A stretch of 64,000 nucleotides of DNA from assembly GCA_044377735.1 (NCBI GenBank), contig JBILYK010000008.1, forward strand, positions 828 to 64,827. The letters are read 5' to 3'. The stretch is from Paracoccaceae bacterium. Its GTDB lineage: Bacteria > Pseudomonadota > Alphaproteobacteria > Rhodobacterales > Rhodobacteraceae. Numbering within the stretch: the first letter of the stretch is position 1; each line of letters opens with the position of its first letter. The notes below the pieces were generated by a model. That model had not been told where the DNA came from and searched no databases. It was given only the letters and a program-made list of their open reading frames with translations. Positions 52,274-60,981 of this stretch are shown piece by piece. Position numbers and translations under genes: made by a program.

Positions 52274-53695
52274 ATGAGGCGCTCCGTGGTTCTCTCTGCC
52301 ATCACCGACGGCATCACCCGCCAGATCGAAGGCGCCATGGCCTCCGTCTCGGGCGCGTTTTTCGAACCCGTTATCCGGCTGGGCGTCACGGGCCTGTCGC
52401 GCTCGGGCAAGACCGTGTTCATCACCGGCCTTGTCGCCAATCTCCTGAACCGAGGCCGCATGCCGCAACTCCGCGCCGCCGCCCGGATCGAGGCGGTCCA
52501 TCTGCAACCGCAACCCGACGTCACCCTGCCGCGCTTTGACTACGAATCCCACCTCGCCGCGATGACCGGGGACGATCCGCGCTGGCCCCAGTCCACCCGC
52601 GCGATCTCGGAACTGCGCCTGTCGTTCCGGCTTGCGCCCTATGGCCTCTTTTCCGGCCTCTCTGGCCCCCGCACCCTGCATCTCGACATCGTTGACTACC
52701 CCGGCGAATGGCTCCTTGATCTCGCCCTTCTCGGCAAATCCTACACCGACTGGTCCGAAGCCACCCTCGACCGCCTCGCCAAACGCCCCGAAGCCGCCGC
52801 CTTCATGGCCCAAGCCCGCGCCGAGGATGGCGGCCTCCGGCTCGACGAACCCCGCGCCCAATCCCTCGCCGCCGCTTTCACCGACTATCTGCACAAGGCC
52901 CGCGCTGCGGGTTGGTCTGACTGCACCCCCGGCCGCTTCCTTTTGCCCGGCGATCTGGCCGGCAGCCCGGTTCTCACCTTCGCCCCCCTGCCCAAACCGG
53001 CCCAAACCCCGCGCAACTGCCTCTGGCGCGAGATGGAACGCCGCTTTGATGCCTATAAATCCCGCGTCGTGCAGCCCTTCTTCCGCTCCCATTTCGCCAA
53101 GCTCGACCGTCAGGTGGTGCTGGCCGATGTCTTGGGTGCCATCCACCAAGGCCCCCAAGCGGTTGAGGACCTGCGCCGCACCATGGCCGAAGTTTTGGCC
53201 GCCTTCCGCCCCGGCACGAACAGCTGGCTCACCAGCCTCTTGGGCGGGCGGCGCGTGGAAAAGATCCTGTTCGCCGCGACCAAGGCCGATCATTTGCACC
53301 ACCTGCAACACCCCGCCCTGACCGCCATCACCGAGGCGCTCCTGCGCGACGCCAAGGCGCGCGCCGATTTCGCCGGGGCCGAAACCGCAGCCCTGTCGCT
53401 GGCCTCGCTGCGCTGCACGGTGGAAGAGATGCTTGACCAAAACGGCACCCCCCTTCCGGCGGTGCGCGGCCGCCTTCTGTCCAGCGGCAAGCAGGCGCTG
53501 ATGTATCCGGGCGAACTTCCCGCCGACCCCGCCCGCATCCTCGCCCCCGCCCGCGACGGCGCGGCACGCTGGCTTGATGCCGATTACGCGCTCATGGCCT
53601 TTGCCCCTGCGCGGAGCCAGCAATCTCCCGGCATGGGCCCGCCCCATATCCGCCTCGACCGCGCCGCCGAATTCCTGATCGGAGACCAGCTGTGA
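52274..53695 (+). CDS. ycjX: YcjX-family stress-associated NTPase (DUF463)
   Basis: IRLGVTGLSRSGKTVFITGLVANLL (Walker A) matches E. coli YcjX (LRLAVTGLSRSGKTAFITSLVNQLL). FAATKADH is also present. Confidence 0.9.
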   Translation: MRRSVVLSAITDGITRQIEGAMASVSGAFFEPVIRLGVTGLSRSGKTVFITGLVANLLNRGRMPQLRAAARIEAVHLQPQPDVTLPRFDYESHLAAMTGDDPRWPQSTRAISELRLSFRLAPYGLFSGLSGPRTLHLDIVDYPGEWLLDLALLGKSYTDWSEATLDRLAKRPEAAAFMAQARAEDGGLRLDEPRAQSLAAAFTDYLHKARAAGWSDCTPGRFLLPGDLAGSPVLTFAPLPKPAQTPRNCLWREMERRFDAYKSRVVQPFFRSHFAKLDRQVVLADVLGAIHQGPQAVEDLRRTMAEVLAAFRPGTNSWLTSLLGGRRVEKILFAATKADHLHHLQHPALTAITEALLRDAKARADFAGAETAALSLASLRCTVEEMLDQNGTPLPAVRGRLLSSGKQALMYPGELPADPARILAPARDGAARWLDADYALMAFAPARSQQSPGMGPPHIRLDRAAEFLIGDQL

Positions 53696-54729
53696 CCGAT
53701 CCCACCCCCACAAAACCCACAACCAACCCCGCGCCCCTCAAACGCCCCAGCCTGATCGAGCTGGACGACGCCCCCGCCGCCGATCCCGGCCATGAGGCCG
53801 AGGTCCCCGAACTTGCCCCAACCGGCCGCGCGATGCAGACCCTCGCCCGCGCGACCACAGGCCGCCCCTCCCCCCTCAACCGCGCCGCCCTTTGGGTGCT
53901 CTCCACCCTTCTGGCCTTCATCCTCTCGGTCGCGGCTTGGGATTTCGTGACTTCCCTTCTCAGCCGCAACACCCTCCTCGGCTGGATTGCCCTCGCCCTC
54001 GTCAGCGCCGCCCTCGCGGTCCTCACCCTTCTGGCGCTGCGCGAAGCCGCCGCCTTCGCCCGCATGGCCCGGATCGACCAGCTGCGCGCTCAGGCCACCC
54101 AGGCCCGCACCACCGCCGATCTCGCCGCCGCCCGCCGCGTCATCACGGCCCTCATCGCGCTTTACCGCTCACGCCCCGAAACCGCCTGGGGCCTCGCACG
54201 CCTGAAGGACCAACAGGCCGAGGTGTTTGACGCAGACGCCCTTCTCAACCTTGCCGAAACCGAACTCATGGCCCCGCTCGACACCGCCGCCTTGGCCGAG
54301 ATCGAAGCCGCCGCGCGCCAAGTGGCCACTGTCACCGCGCTGGTGCCCATGGCGCTGGCCGATGTGGCAACCGCGCTTTTCGTGAACCTCCGCATCATCC
54401 GCCGCCTCGCCCAAATCTACGGCGGGCGCTCCTCAACCCTTGGCAACCTCGCCCTGCTGCGCCGGGTGTTCACCGCCCTTCTCGGCGCAGGGGCCTTGGC
54501 CTTGGCCGATGACCTGATCGGCTCGGTCGCCTCCGGCGGGATCTTGGGCAAACTGTCGCGCCGCTTTGGCGAAGGCGTGATCAACGGCGCGCTCACCGCC
54601 CGTGTGGGCCTGGCCGCGATGGAGGCCTGCCGCCCCCTGCCCTTCACAGCCCTGCCAAAACCCGGCACCACCGCCACGATCAGCCGCGCGCTGGCCGGGT
54701 TCCTCTCCCGCGCCAAAGACCAAAGCTAA
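53692..54729 (+). CDS. ycjF: YcjF-family membrane protein (UPF0283/DUF697)
   Basis: GTGA overlap with ycjX. LVPMALADVATALFVNLRIIRRLAQIYGG...GALTARVGLAAMEACRPLPF parallels E. coli YcjF. Confidence 0.85.
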   Translation: MTDPTPTKPTTNPAPLKRPSLIELDDAPAADPGHEAEVPELAPTGRAMQTLARATTGRPSPLNRAALWVLSTLLAFILSVAAWDFVTSLLSRNTLLGWIALALVSAALAVLTLLALREAAAFARMARIDQLRAQATQARTTADLAAARRVITALIALYRSRPETAWGLARLKDQQAEVFDADALLNLAETELMAPLDTAALAEIEAAARQVATVTALVPMALADVATALFVNLRIIRRLAQIYGGRSSTLGNLALLRRVFTALLGAGALALADDLIGSVASGGILGKLSRRFGEGVINGALTARVGLAAMEACRPLPFTALPKPGTTATISRALAGFLSRAKDQS

Positions 54730-54743
54730 CCATCCCGAACCCG

Positions 54744-54770
54744 CCTTCAATGCGGCCCAAATATCCTCGG
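54744..54770 (-). repeat. Related GAGGATATTTGG box
   Basis: The reverse complement reads CCGAGGATATTTGGGCCGCATTGAAGG, immediately after GC-rich hairpins. Confidence 0.35.
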
Positions 54771-54774
54771 GGGG

Positions 54775-54819
54775 AGAGGCAATTGCCCGCAATTGCCTCT
54801 GGGGGGCAGACAGCCCCCC
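54775..54819. terminator. Twin GC hairpins between convergent ycjF and argE
   Basis: AGAGGCAATTG-cccg-CAATTGCCTCT (11 bp) at 54775-54800 and GGGGGGC-agaca-GCCCCCC (7 bp) at 54801-54819. There is no clear U-tract on the plus strand. The minus-strand read-through reaches ATATTTGG. Confidence 0.45.
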
Positions 54820-54944
54820 TCTGCGAAACCGCGTCACGCCCATGTCCCGACAGATGCCAGACGCAAACCCGACGCAAATCCGACAGATACCAGACGGCGT
54901 TTTTCCCCAAAATCATCGGGTTAAACCACTCAAAGCGGTCCGGC

Positions 54945-56099
54945 TCAAATTCCCGCCTCAAGACGGTCCAACAGCGCCGCCATCATCGCCTCACAGCGCG
55001 CCATCTGCTCGACCGTGACGAACTCATCCGGCTTGTGCCCCTGCGCCATCGACCCCGGCCCGCAGATCACCGTGGGAATGCCCAACCGCGCATCAAAAAG
55101 CCCGCCTTCGGTGCCAAAGGCCACCTTCATCGTGCCATTGGCCCCGGTTAACCCCTTGACGAAATTGACAACCGCCGCATCCGACGGCGTGCCAAGGCCG
55201 GGGTAATCCCACAGCCGCTCGATCGTGATCGCCGCCTCGGGATAATCGTCGCGCAAGGGGGCCACAATCGCCTCCGCCGCTTGTCGCAGCCGGTCAATCA
55301 ACCCCGCCACATCCTCACCCGCGACGGACCGGATCTCAAAGTCGATCACAGCGGTATTCGGCACGATATTGACCTGCACGCCCCCATTCAGCTTGCCGAC
55401 ATGGATCGTTGAATAGGGCACATCATAATCCCCATCTTTCAAGCCCTTAGCCGCCACATCCGCCTGCAAGGCACGCACCATTTGCACGAAATCCGCCGCC
55501 AGATGCAGCGCATTCAGCGCCATCGGCGCCAGCGCCGAATGCCCCTCACGACCCGTGCAAATGGCCCTAAGCGCGACCTTGCCCTTATGCCCCGTCGCCA
55601 CCTGCATGCGCGTGGGTTCCCCCACAATGCAGAACCTCGGGCGCACCGGGGCGGTCTGCAGCATATCCACCAAAGACCGCACCCCCATGCAGCCGATTTC
55701 CTCGTCATACGACAGCGCCAGATGCAGTGGGGTTTTCAGCGGGCGCTTGGCGGCCTGCAGCATCGTGGCAATCGCCACCGCACAAAACCCCTTCATGTCA
55801 GCCGCTCCACGCCCATAGTAGCGGCCATTTTCCTCTGTCAACGCAAAGGGTTGCTTGGTCCAAGCCTGCCCTTCTACCGGCACCACATCGGTGTGGCCTG
55901 ACAACATGACCCCACCCTGACCCTCGGGGCCGACTGTCGCGAAAAGGTTGGCCTTTTGGCCCAAGGGATCGGGGATCAGCACGGCCTCAACCCCAGCATC
56001 GGCCAAAAGATCGCGCACAAACTGCATCAACGCGATGTTCGGCTTTGACGACACCGTGTCAAAGCACATCAGCCGGTCAAAAATCGCGCGCATGTCCAT
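54945..56099 (-). CDS. argE: Acetylornithine deacetylase (M20 peptidase family)
   Basis: 384 aa: LSGHTDVVPVEGQAW...GRGAADMKG. GGGAGG precedes the ATG. Confidence 0.8.
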   Translation of the reverse strand: MDMRAIFDRLMCFDTVSSKPNIALMQFVRDLLADAGVEAVLIPDPLGQKANLFATVGPEGQGGVMLSGHTDVVPVEGQAWTKQPFALTEENGRYYGRGAADMKGFCAVAIATMLQAAKRPLKTPLHLALSYDEEIGCMGVRSLVDMLQTAPVRPRFCIVGEPTRMQVATGHKGKVALRAICTGREGHSALAPMALNALHLAADFVQMVRALQADVAAKGLKDGDYDVPYSTIHVGKLNGGVQVNIVPNTAVIDFEIRSVAGEDVAGLIDRLRQAAEAIVAPLRDDYPEAAITIERLWDYPGLGTPSDAAVVNFVKGLTGANGTMKVAFGTEGGLFDARLGIPTVICGPGSMAQGHKPDEFVTVEQMARCEAMMAALLDRLEAGI

Positions 56100-56189
56100 A
56101 TGGGCCTCCCTCAGACCCCTTGGCTAACGCAGCACCGTCCCGGACAAAAGCCCAAGCCTTGATATTTCGTCGAAAAATCGTCCCTGTGA

Positions 56190-56519
56190 TCAGCCGTTGG
56201 CGTGCATGCGCTCGATGTAGGCGCGCATCTCTTCGGCCTCATGGCGCGCGTCGCGCAAGCCTTCCATCGCGGCGCGAAGCTCCGCTTCGGTCTGGGCGAT
56301 CTGGTTCATCAACTCGGCTTCGCGCTGTTCCAGATACATGATAGCCTGATCACGCACCTCCTCGGCCTCGTGCAGCGATTGCGCCAACCGATCCATCTCG
56401 CCCATGTCACCGCCCGCAACGCGCGTAAAGCGGTGCATCAGCCAATAGGTGAACCACCCCATGGCAAAGGCGGCCAATAAGATAAAGGCCGTGGCGATGA
56501 TGAATTCCGTGCGGTTCAT
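56190..56519 (-). CDS. Small membrane-anchored coiled-coil protein
   Basis: 109 aa. It has an N-terminal TM helix (FIIATAFILLAAFAMGWFTYWLM) and then heptad-rich, acidic helices. The start is 15 nt after the OmpA-family stop. Confidence 0.55.
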   Translation of the reverse strand: MNRTEFIIATAFILLAAFAMGWFTYWLMHRFTRVAGGDMGEMDRLAQSLHEAEEVRDQAIMYLEQREAELMNQIAQTEAELRAAMEGLRDARHEAEEMRAYIERMHANG

Positions 56520-56534
56520 GGGTCTACCTTGGGC

Positions 56535-58541
56535 TTATTGATCGGCATCAGGGCGGCGCTTGGGGCGCCTGGTTTTGTCTTGGGGCGCAACGGAGGGGCT
56601 GGTATCACTCGAGAAATCCGGACCCTCAGCCGCAGAGGCAGCGGCCCCAGCCGCGAGGCTAGGCGCCGCGCCACCACCCGCAGCCTGAACCCCATCGGCC
56701 AGCAACGTGAACTCGATCCGGCGATTGGCCTCGCGCCCCATCTCAGTTTCATCGTCGGCAATCGGGCTGCTTTCGCCATATCCCACAGCCGTCAGCGCCG
56801 ACACATCCACTTGACGCCCCTGCAGCGCCAGCAAGACTGCCTCGGCGCGGGTCTGGCTCAGTGCTCGATTGCCCTCTTCAGAGCCTTGGGCATCGGTATG
56901 GCCACCGATCTCCATCCTGACGCCGCCACAGCGTTCCAGCGCCTTGGCGAGCGCTTCAATAACTTTATTGGCACTTGCATCAATCTCGGCGGACCCCGGC
57001 GGGAACACCACTTCTTGCCGCGCCAGCACGTCATTGACATCGGCAAGGCATTCGCCAGAGGTCGGCAACGAAGCCACTGGGTCCAGCGCCTCATCATAGG
57101 TCACGTCAACCTTGTAGCTTTGACCCTGCCCCAGCTTATCCGACAAGATCTGCGCGATTCGCGCCCGCACCCCTTGCGAGCCGGTGACGCCCGCCACTTC
57201 AACAGTGTCGGCGCGCACCAATAGGCTGCCATGCTCCAACTCAGCCAAGGCCTGCAATCCGGCAAGCACGCGGATCGGCCAGCCATCAGGCAGATCGGCA
57301 TCAAGCCGCGTGGCCTGATAGACATTGGCGCTGCCAAAGGCGGCCTTGGCGAAACTGTCGACCGCGTTGCGCTGCAGGTCGTCAGCCAGACGGCCTCGCA
57401 GTTCCACCCGCCCAGTTTCGGGCGCAAGGGCTGCGGTGAACTCGGCCGGCCCTTGGGTGGCGTTCTCGGCCTTGTCCAACGTCGCACTCAGCGAAAAGAC
57501 CGGCGGCAAATCTGCCTCCAACTCTCCCACCACTCGGTCAAACTCGGCCTGCGACACTGACGCTGCGGCCTGCAAGCTGACATCGGCATCCTTGAAGGTG
57601 ATGGTTGCCGCCTTCAGTGTGGCAACTGCCTTGATTCCCAATTCAGCCGCCTCGGCCCAAGAGGGGCTGGGCACGCCCAGACCGATCACGCAGGTTTGTC
57701 GCCCCACCGTCCCTGCGGCCGTTGCGGCTGCAACAATCCGCATCCGGGCGCGTTCGTTATCGGCAGAACAGGCATCAAAGCGGGGGCCTGCCTCGTCGAT
57801 CAAAAAGCGCAGCGTGAATGGCGTAATCACCGGGCGCGGAGCGGAAATCTCATAGCTGACACGTACGCCCTCGGGCTGTCCCGACGACAGGCTGGTCTCA
57901 AAACTGCGCTTTTGCGCATCCGAGGACGCAATGGCCGTAATCCGAACCGTGGTTGCATCCACTGTGATCTTCGAGCGCGGCAACAGCGCCAGCGCCTTGC
58001 GGGCAAAATCCAGCGCCGGGTCCCACGTCTCGGGCGGGGTATAGGCGGCGGTTTCCAACATGTCTTGCAGTTCGGTGTCGGGCTGCAAGGCCCCGGCTTC
58101 AGCCAAGAGCACCTCTTTGGTTTCACCCTCAGGTAAAAGCCCGATCAACTGAATTCCATCGTCATTGCGCAGGATCTCCAGCGAAAAGCGCGGGGCTTCC
58201 ACGGCCCTCACCGGGGTCACCTCCATCAGGTCCTCAATCCGGGTGGAATCGATTACTGACCCGACAATATTGATCGCCCGGTAGCGCTGTGCCTCAGTGT
58301 CTGCAGTGCCGATGAGTTCCATCTGCAGACCATCGGCGTTGACAGTGGCAAACGTCACCCCTTGCGTCAGCAAAGCTGACCGCACCGCCCGTTCCGACAG
58401 CCGTTCCATCAATAGAACCGCCGCCCAAGCAATGAGCACCGACAAGAAGGTCGCCGCCGCAAAAGCGATCGCCGCTGCCAGAGTCGGCGTCAGTCTTGGG
58501 GAAGGCAGCTTTATCAACGGGGTGGGCCATTCATCATTCAT
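56535..58541 (-). CDS. Large OmpA-family protein (N-terminal TM anchor, repeated BON-like modules, C-terminal OmpA domain)
   Basis: The C-terminus IGGHTDAQGSEEGNRALSQTRAEAV...GYGESSPIADDETEMGREANRRIEF is a canonical OmpA_C peptidoglycan-binding domain. Confidence 0.8.
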   Translation of the reverse strand: MNDEWPTPLIKLPSPRLTPTLAAAIAFAAATFLSVLIAWAAVLLMERLSERAVRSALLTQGVTFATVNADGLQMELIGTADTEAQRYRAINIVGSVIDSTRIEDLMEVTPVRAVEAPRFSLEILRNDDGIQLIGLLPEGETKEVLLAEAGALQPDTELQDMLETAAYTPPETWDPALDFARKALALLPRSKITVDATTVRITAIASSDAQKRSFETSLSSGQPEGVRVSYEISAPRPVITPFTLRFLIDEAGPRFDACSADNERARMRIVAAATAAGTVGRQTCVIGLGVPSPSWAEAAELGIKAVATLKAATITFKDADVSLQAAASVSQAEFDRVVGELEADLPPVFSLSATLDKAENATQGPAEFTAALAPETGRVELRGRLADDLQRNAVDSFAKAAFGSANVYQATRLDADLPDGWPIRVLAGLQALAELEHGSLLVRADTVEVAGVTGSQGVRARIAQILSDKLGQGQSYKVDVTYDEALDPVASLPTSGECLADVNDVLARQEVVFPPGSAEIDASANKVIEALAKALERCGGVRMEIGGHTDAQGSEEGNRALSQTRAEAVLLALQGRQVDVSALTAVGYGESSPIADDETEMGREANRRIEFTLLADGVQAAGGGAAPSLAAGAAASAAEGPDFSSDTSPSVAPQDKTRRPKRRPDADQ

Positions 58542-58582
58542 AAGGACTGCAGATGCTTAGCGGGCGGCGTGGGCGGGATCAA

Positions 58583-59554
58583 TCAAAGGAACGCAGCTGC
58601 GGCAAGAAACAGCGCAAGCGCCAAGCCCGCATCGCGATTGGTCCGAAAGGCGACCATGCAGGACGTTGGGTCCTCCAGATCCAGCCGCCGCATCTGCCAA
58701 GCCAGATGCCAGCCAAAGGCCCAGACCCCGGCCAAGGCCACCAAGGGCGGCCAGATCCCGGTCGCAGGCGTGGTGACAATCGCGGCACTGGCCAGCACCA
58801 TGGTCAAGACGGCAAAGCCCCAGAGCCACCGGCGCGACCGCGCGCCAAACAGCCGCGCGGTTGATTTCACCCCAATCAGCGCGTCATCTTCCTTGTCCTG
58901 ATGGGCATAGATCGTGTCATAATAAAGCGTCCAACTGATCCCGGCGGCATACAGGAACAGCGCGGGCAGGCCGACATGGCCGACATGGGCCGCATAGGCC
59001 AGAACCGCGCCCCAGTTGAAGGCCAAGCCCAAGAACACCTGCGGCCACCACGTGAACCGCTTGGCAAATGGATAGATCACCACCAAAGCAAGCGAGGCAA
59101 TCCCCAGCCCGATTGCCTGCCAGTTATAGCTGAACAGGATCAGCGCCGCGACCAGCGCCTGCGCCACCATCCAGACCAGCGCCGCCCTCACTGTCACCTG
59201 CCCCGAGGGAATCGGCCGCGACCGGGTGCGCATCACCGCCGCGTCAAAATCGCGGTCGGTGATGTCATTCCAAGTGCAACCCGCCCCGCGCATCAGGAAG
59301 GCCCCGATCCCGCAGGACAGCACGATCCACAGATCCCACAGCCGGAAACTGTCAGCCATCGCGGCAAGGGCCACGCCCCAAAGGCAGGGGATATACAAAA
59401 GCCACGTCCCGATGGGCCGATCTGCCCGGCTGAGGCGCAGATAGGGCACCCAAGGGGCTGGCGCAAAGCGGTCCACCCAATTGCCCTTGGGGGCGTCGGC
59501 CACCGGGCCAGCAGGCGGGCTGGCAGCCTCTGGCATTTTCTGCGGCTCGGTCAT
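58583..59554 (-). CDS. ubiA: 4-hydroxybenzoate polyprenyltransferase
   Basis: Trimmed to MTEPQKMPEAAS. The UbiA motif is GAGCTWNDITDRDFD. Confidence 0.9.
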   Translation of the reverse strand: MTEPQKMPEAASPPAGPVADAPKGNWVDRFAPAPWVPYLRLSRADRPIGTWLLYIPCLWGVALAAMADSFRLWDLWIVLSCGIGAFLMRGAGCTWNDITDRDFDAAVMRTRSRPIPSGQVTVRAALVWMVAQALVAALILFSYNWQAIGLGIASLALVVIYPFAKRFTWWPQVFLGLAFNWGAVLAYAAHVGHVGLPALFLYAAGISWTLYYDTIYAHQDKEDDALIGVKSTARLFGARSRRWLWGFAVLTMVLASAAIVTTPATGIWPPLVALAGVWAFGWHLAWQMRRLDLEDPTSCMVAFRTNRDAGLALALFLAAAAFL

Positions 59555-59566
59555 AGGGTCACTTTC

Positions 59567-60292
59567 ATGGAAAAGCCAAAGGTCCGCCTGTATGTAGATC
59601 AGCCCTTGGGCGCGGGGCAAGCCGTGGCCCTTGGGCCAGAGGCTTCGAATTATCTGTTCAACGTGATGCGGCTGGCGCGCGGGGCGCATGTCGCCCTGTT
59701 CAATGGCCAAGACGGCGAATGGCAGGCCGAGGTGGTTGAGGCGGGCAAGCGGCAGGGGATTGCGGTCTGTCAGGCTGAAACCGCGCTACAAATGATGCCG
59801 CCCGACCTGTGGCTGCTCTTCACGCCTGTGAAAAAAGACCGCACCGCCTTTATCGTGGAAAAAGCGGTGGAGCTTGGCGTGGCGCGGCTGATGCCGGTGG
59901 CCACGCGTCACATGAATTCGGAACGCTGGCGGATGGAGAAGCAAACCGCCCATGCCGTTGAAGCCGCCGAGCAGTGCGGCGCCACCTTTGTGCCAAAGGT
60001 GGATGATCTGCAACCGCTGGACCGCGTTCTGTCGCAGTGGCCCGAAGGTCGCACGCTGTATTGGGCGGATGAAACGCTTGCCAAAGGCTCTTTGACGCCT
60101 GCGGCGGTCATCGCTGGCCCTGCGGCCATTTTGATCGGCCCTGAGGGCGGCTTTTCGGAAGAGGAGAAAACCCGCCTGCGTGCGCTGCCCTTCGTGCGGC
60201 CCCTAGCCCTTGGCCCGCGCATCCTGCGGGCCGAGACGGCGGCATTGGCGGCGCTGGTCCTGTGGCAATCCAGCGTGGGGGATTGGCAATGA
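59567..60292 (+). CDS. rsmE: 16S rRNA (uracil1498-N3)-methyltransferase
   Basis: This is the C-terminal 241 codons of track ORF 58901-60292. MEKPKVRLYVDQPL...ILIGPEGGFSEEE...LGPRILRAETAALAAL. The 5' part of the track ORF is antisense to ubiA. Confidence 0.9.
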   Translation: MEKPKVRLYVDQPLGAGQAVALGPEASNYLFNVMRLARGAHVALFNGQDGEWQAEVVEAGKRQGIAVCQAETALQMMPPDLWLLFTPVKKDRTAFIVEKAVELGVARLMPVATRHMNSERWRMEKQTAHAVEAAEQCGATFVPKVDDLQPLDRVLSQWPEGRTLYWADETLAKGSLTPAAVIAGPAAILIGPEGGFSEEEKTRLRALPFVRPLALGPRILRAETAALAALVLWQSSVGDWQ

Positions 60293-60834
60293 TCCGCCCC
60301 GAGGCGCTGGCCGCTTTGCGCCGCTGGCGTGAGGTAATCCTTGCCGCCTGCCTTGCGCTTTTGGGCCTGTGGCTTGCCACCCACGGCGGGCCGATTCCGC
60401 TGAGCGCTGGCCTTGCCCTTATGGCCTTGGCTGCCGCTTGGGCGCTGTCGGGCTGGCGTCGGATGCGCTTTGCGCAAGACATCGCCGCCCCAGGCTTTGT
60501 TGAGGTGATCGAAGGCGAGGTGCGCTATTTCGGGCCCAGCTTTGGCGGCGCGGTCAGCCTGTCTGATCTGACGGAACTGCGCCTGATGACCCTGCGCGGC
60601 CGCCGCCTCTGGCGGTTGAAGCAGCGGGACGGTCAGGCCCTTCTGATCCCGATTGATGCCGCCGGGGCCGAGGCGCTTTTTGATGGCTTCACCACGCTGC
60701 CGGGGCTGGATATGGCCGCTGTGCTGGCCGCGCTTTCTCCAGCCACCCTGTCTGACGGACCCGGCCTTGTCGCCACCAGTCCTGCGGATATGGTTCTTAT
60801 TTGGCATCGCAAAGGCAAGGGTCTGGTCGCCTGA
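60289..60834 (+). CDS. Hypothetical membrane protein
   Basis: ATGA overlap with rsmE. It has two TM helices (ILAACLALLGLWLA, LSAGLALMALAAAWAL) and then a soluble domain. I recognise no family. Confidence 0.55.
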   Translation: MIRPEALAALRRWREVILAACLALLGLWLATHGGPIPLSAGLALMALAAAWALSGWRRMRFAQDIAAPGFVEVIEGEVRYFGPSFGGAVSLSDLTELRLMTLRGRRLWRLKQRDGQALLIPIDAAGAEALFDGFTTLPGLDMAAVLAALSPATLSDGPGLVATSPADMVLIWHRKGKGLVA

Positions 60835-60981
60835 CTGCCACGAAAAGCCGCATCAGGCCCAGCGCAAGCCGTTGGCTTTGCGCACACAGTTGGTGCAAAC
60901 CCTGCCCTGTGCGCCTTGACTTAAGACGCAAAGGACCGCAGGTCTATCCACCTTGACGGCAATGAAGTGAGAGGCCAAGAG

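Noticed and set aside
51377-53722. 781-aa ORF on the minus strand
   Set aside because: It is antisense to the DUF533 gene and ycjX. Its Gly/Ala/Arg-rich composition marks it as a GC-content artefact.
58901-59566. 5' two-thirds of the 463-aa ORF 58901-60292
   Set aside because: This part is antisense to ubiA and is Arg/Pro/Gly-rich. Only the last 241 codons, from the ATG at 59567, are RsmE. Similar N-terminal over-extensions were trimmed for acs, bhcR, bhcB, bhcD, nhaA, the DUF4212 gene, the DUF294 gene, the ABC transporter, gatA and others.
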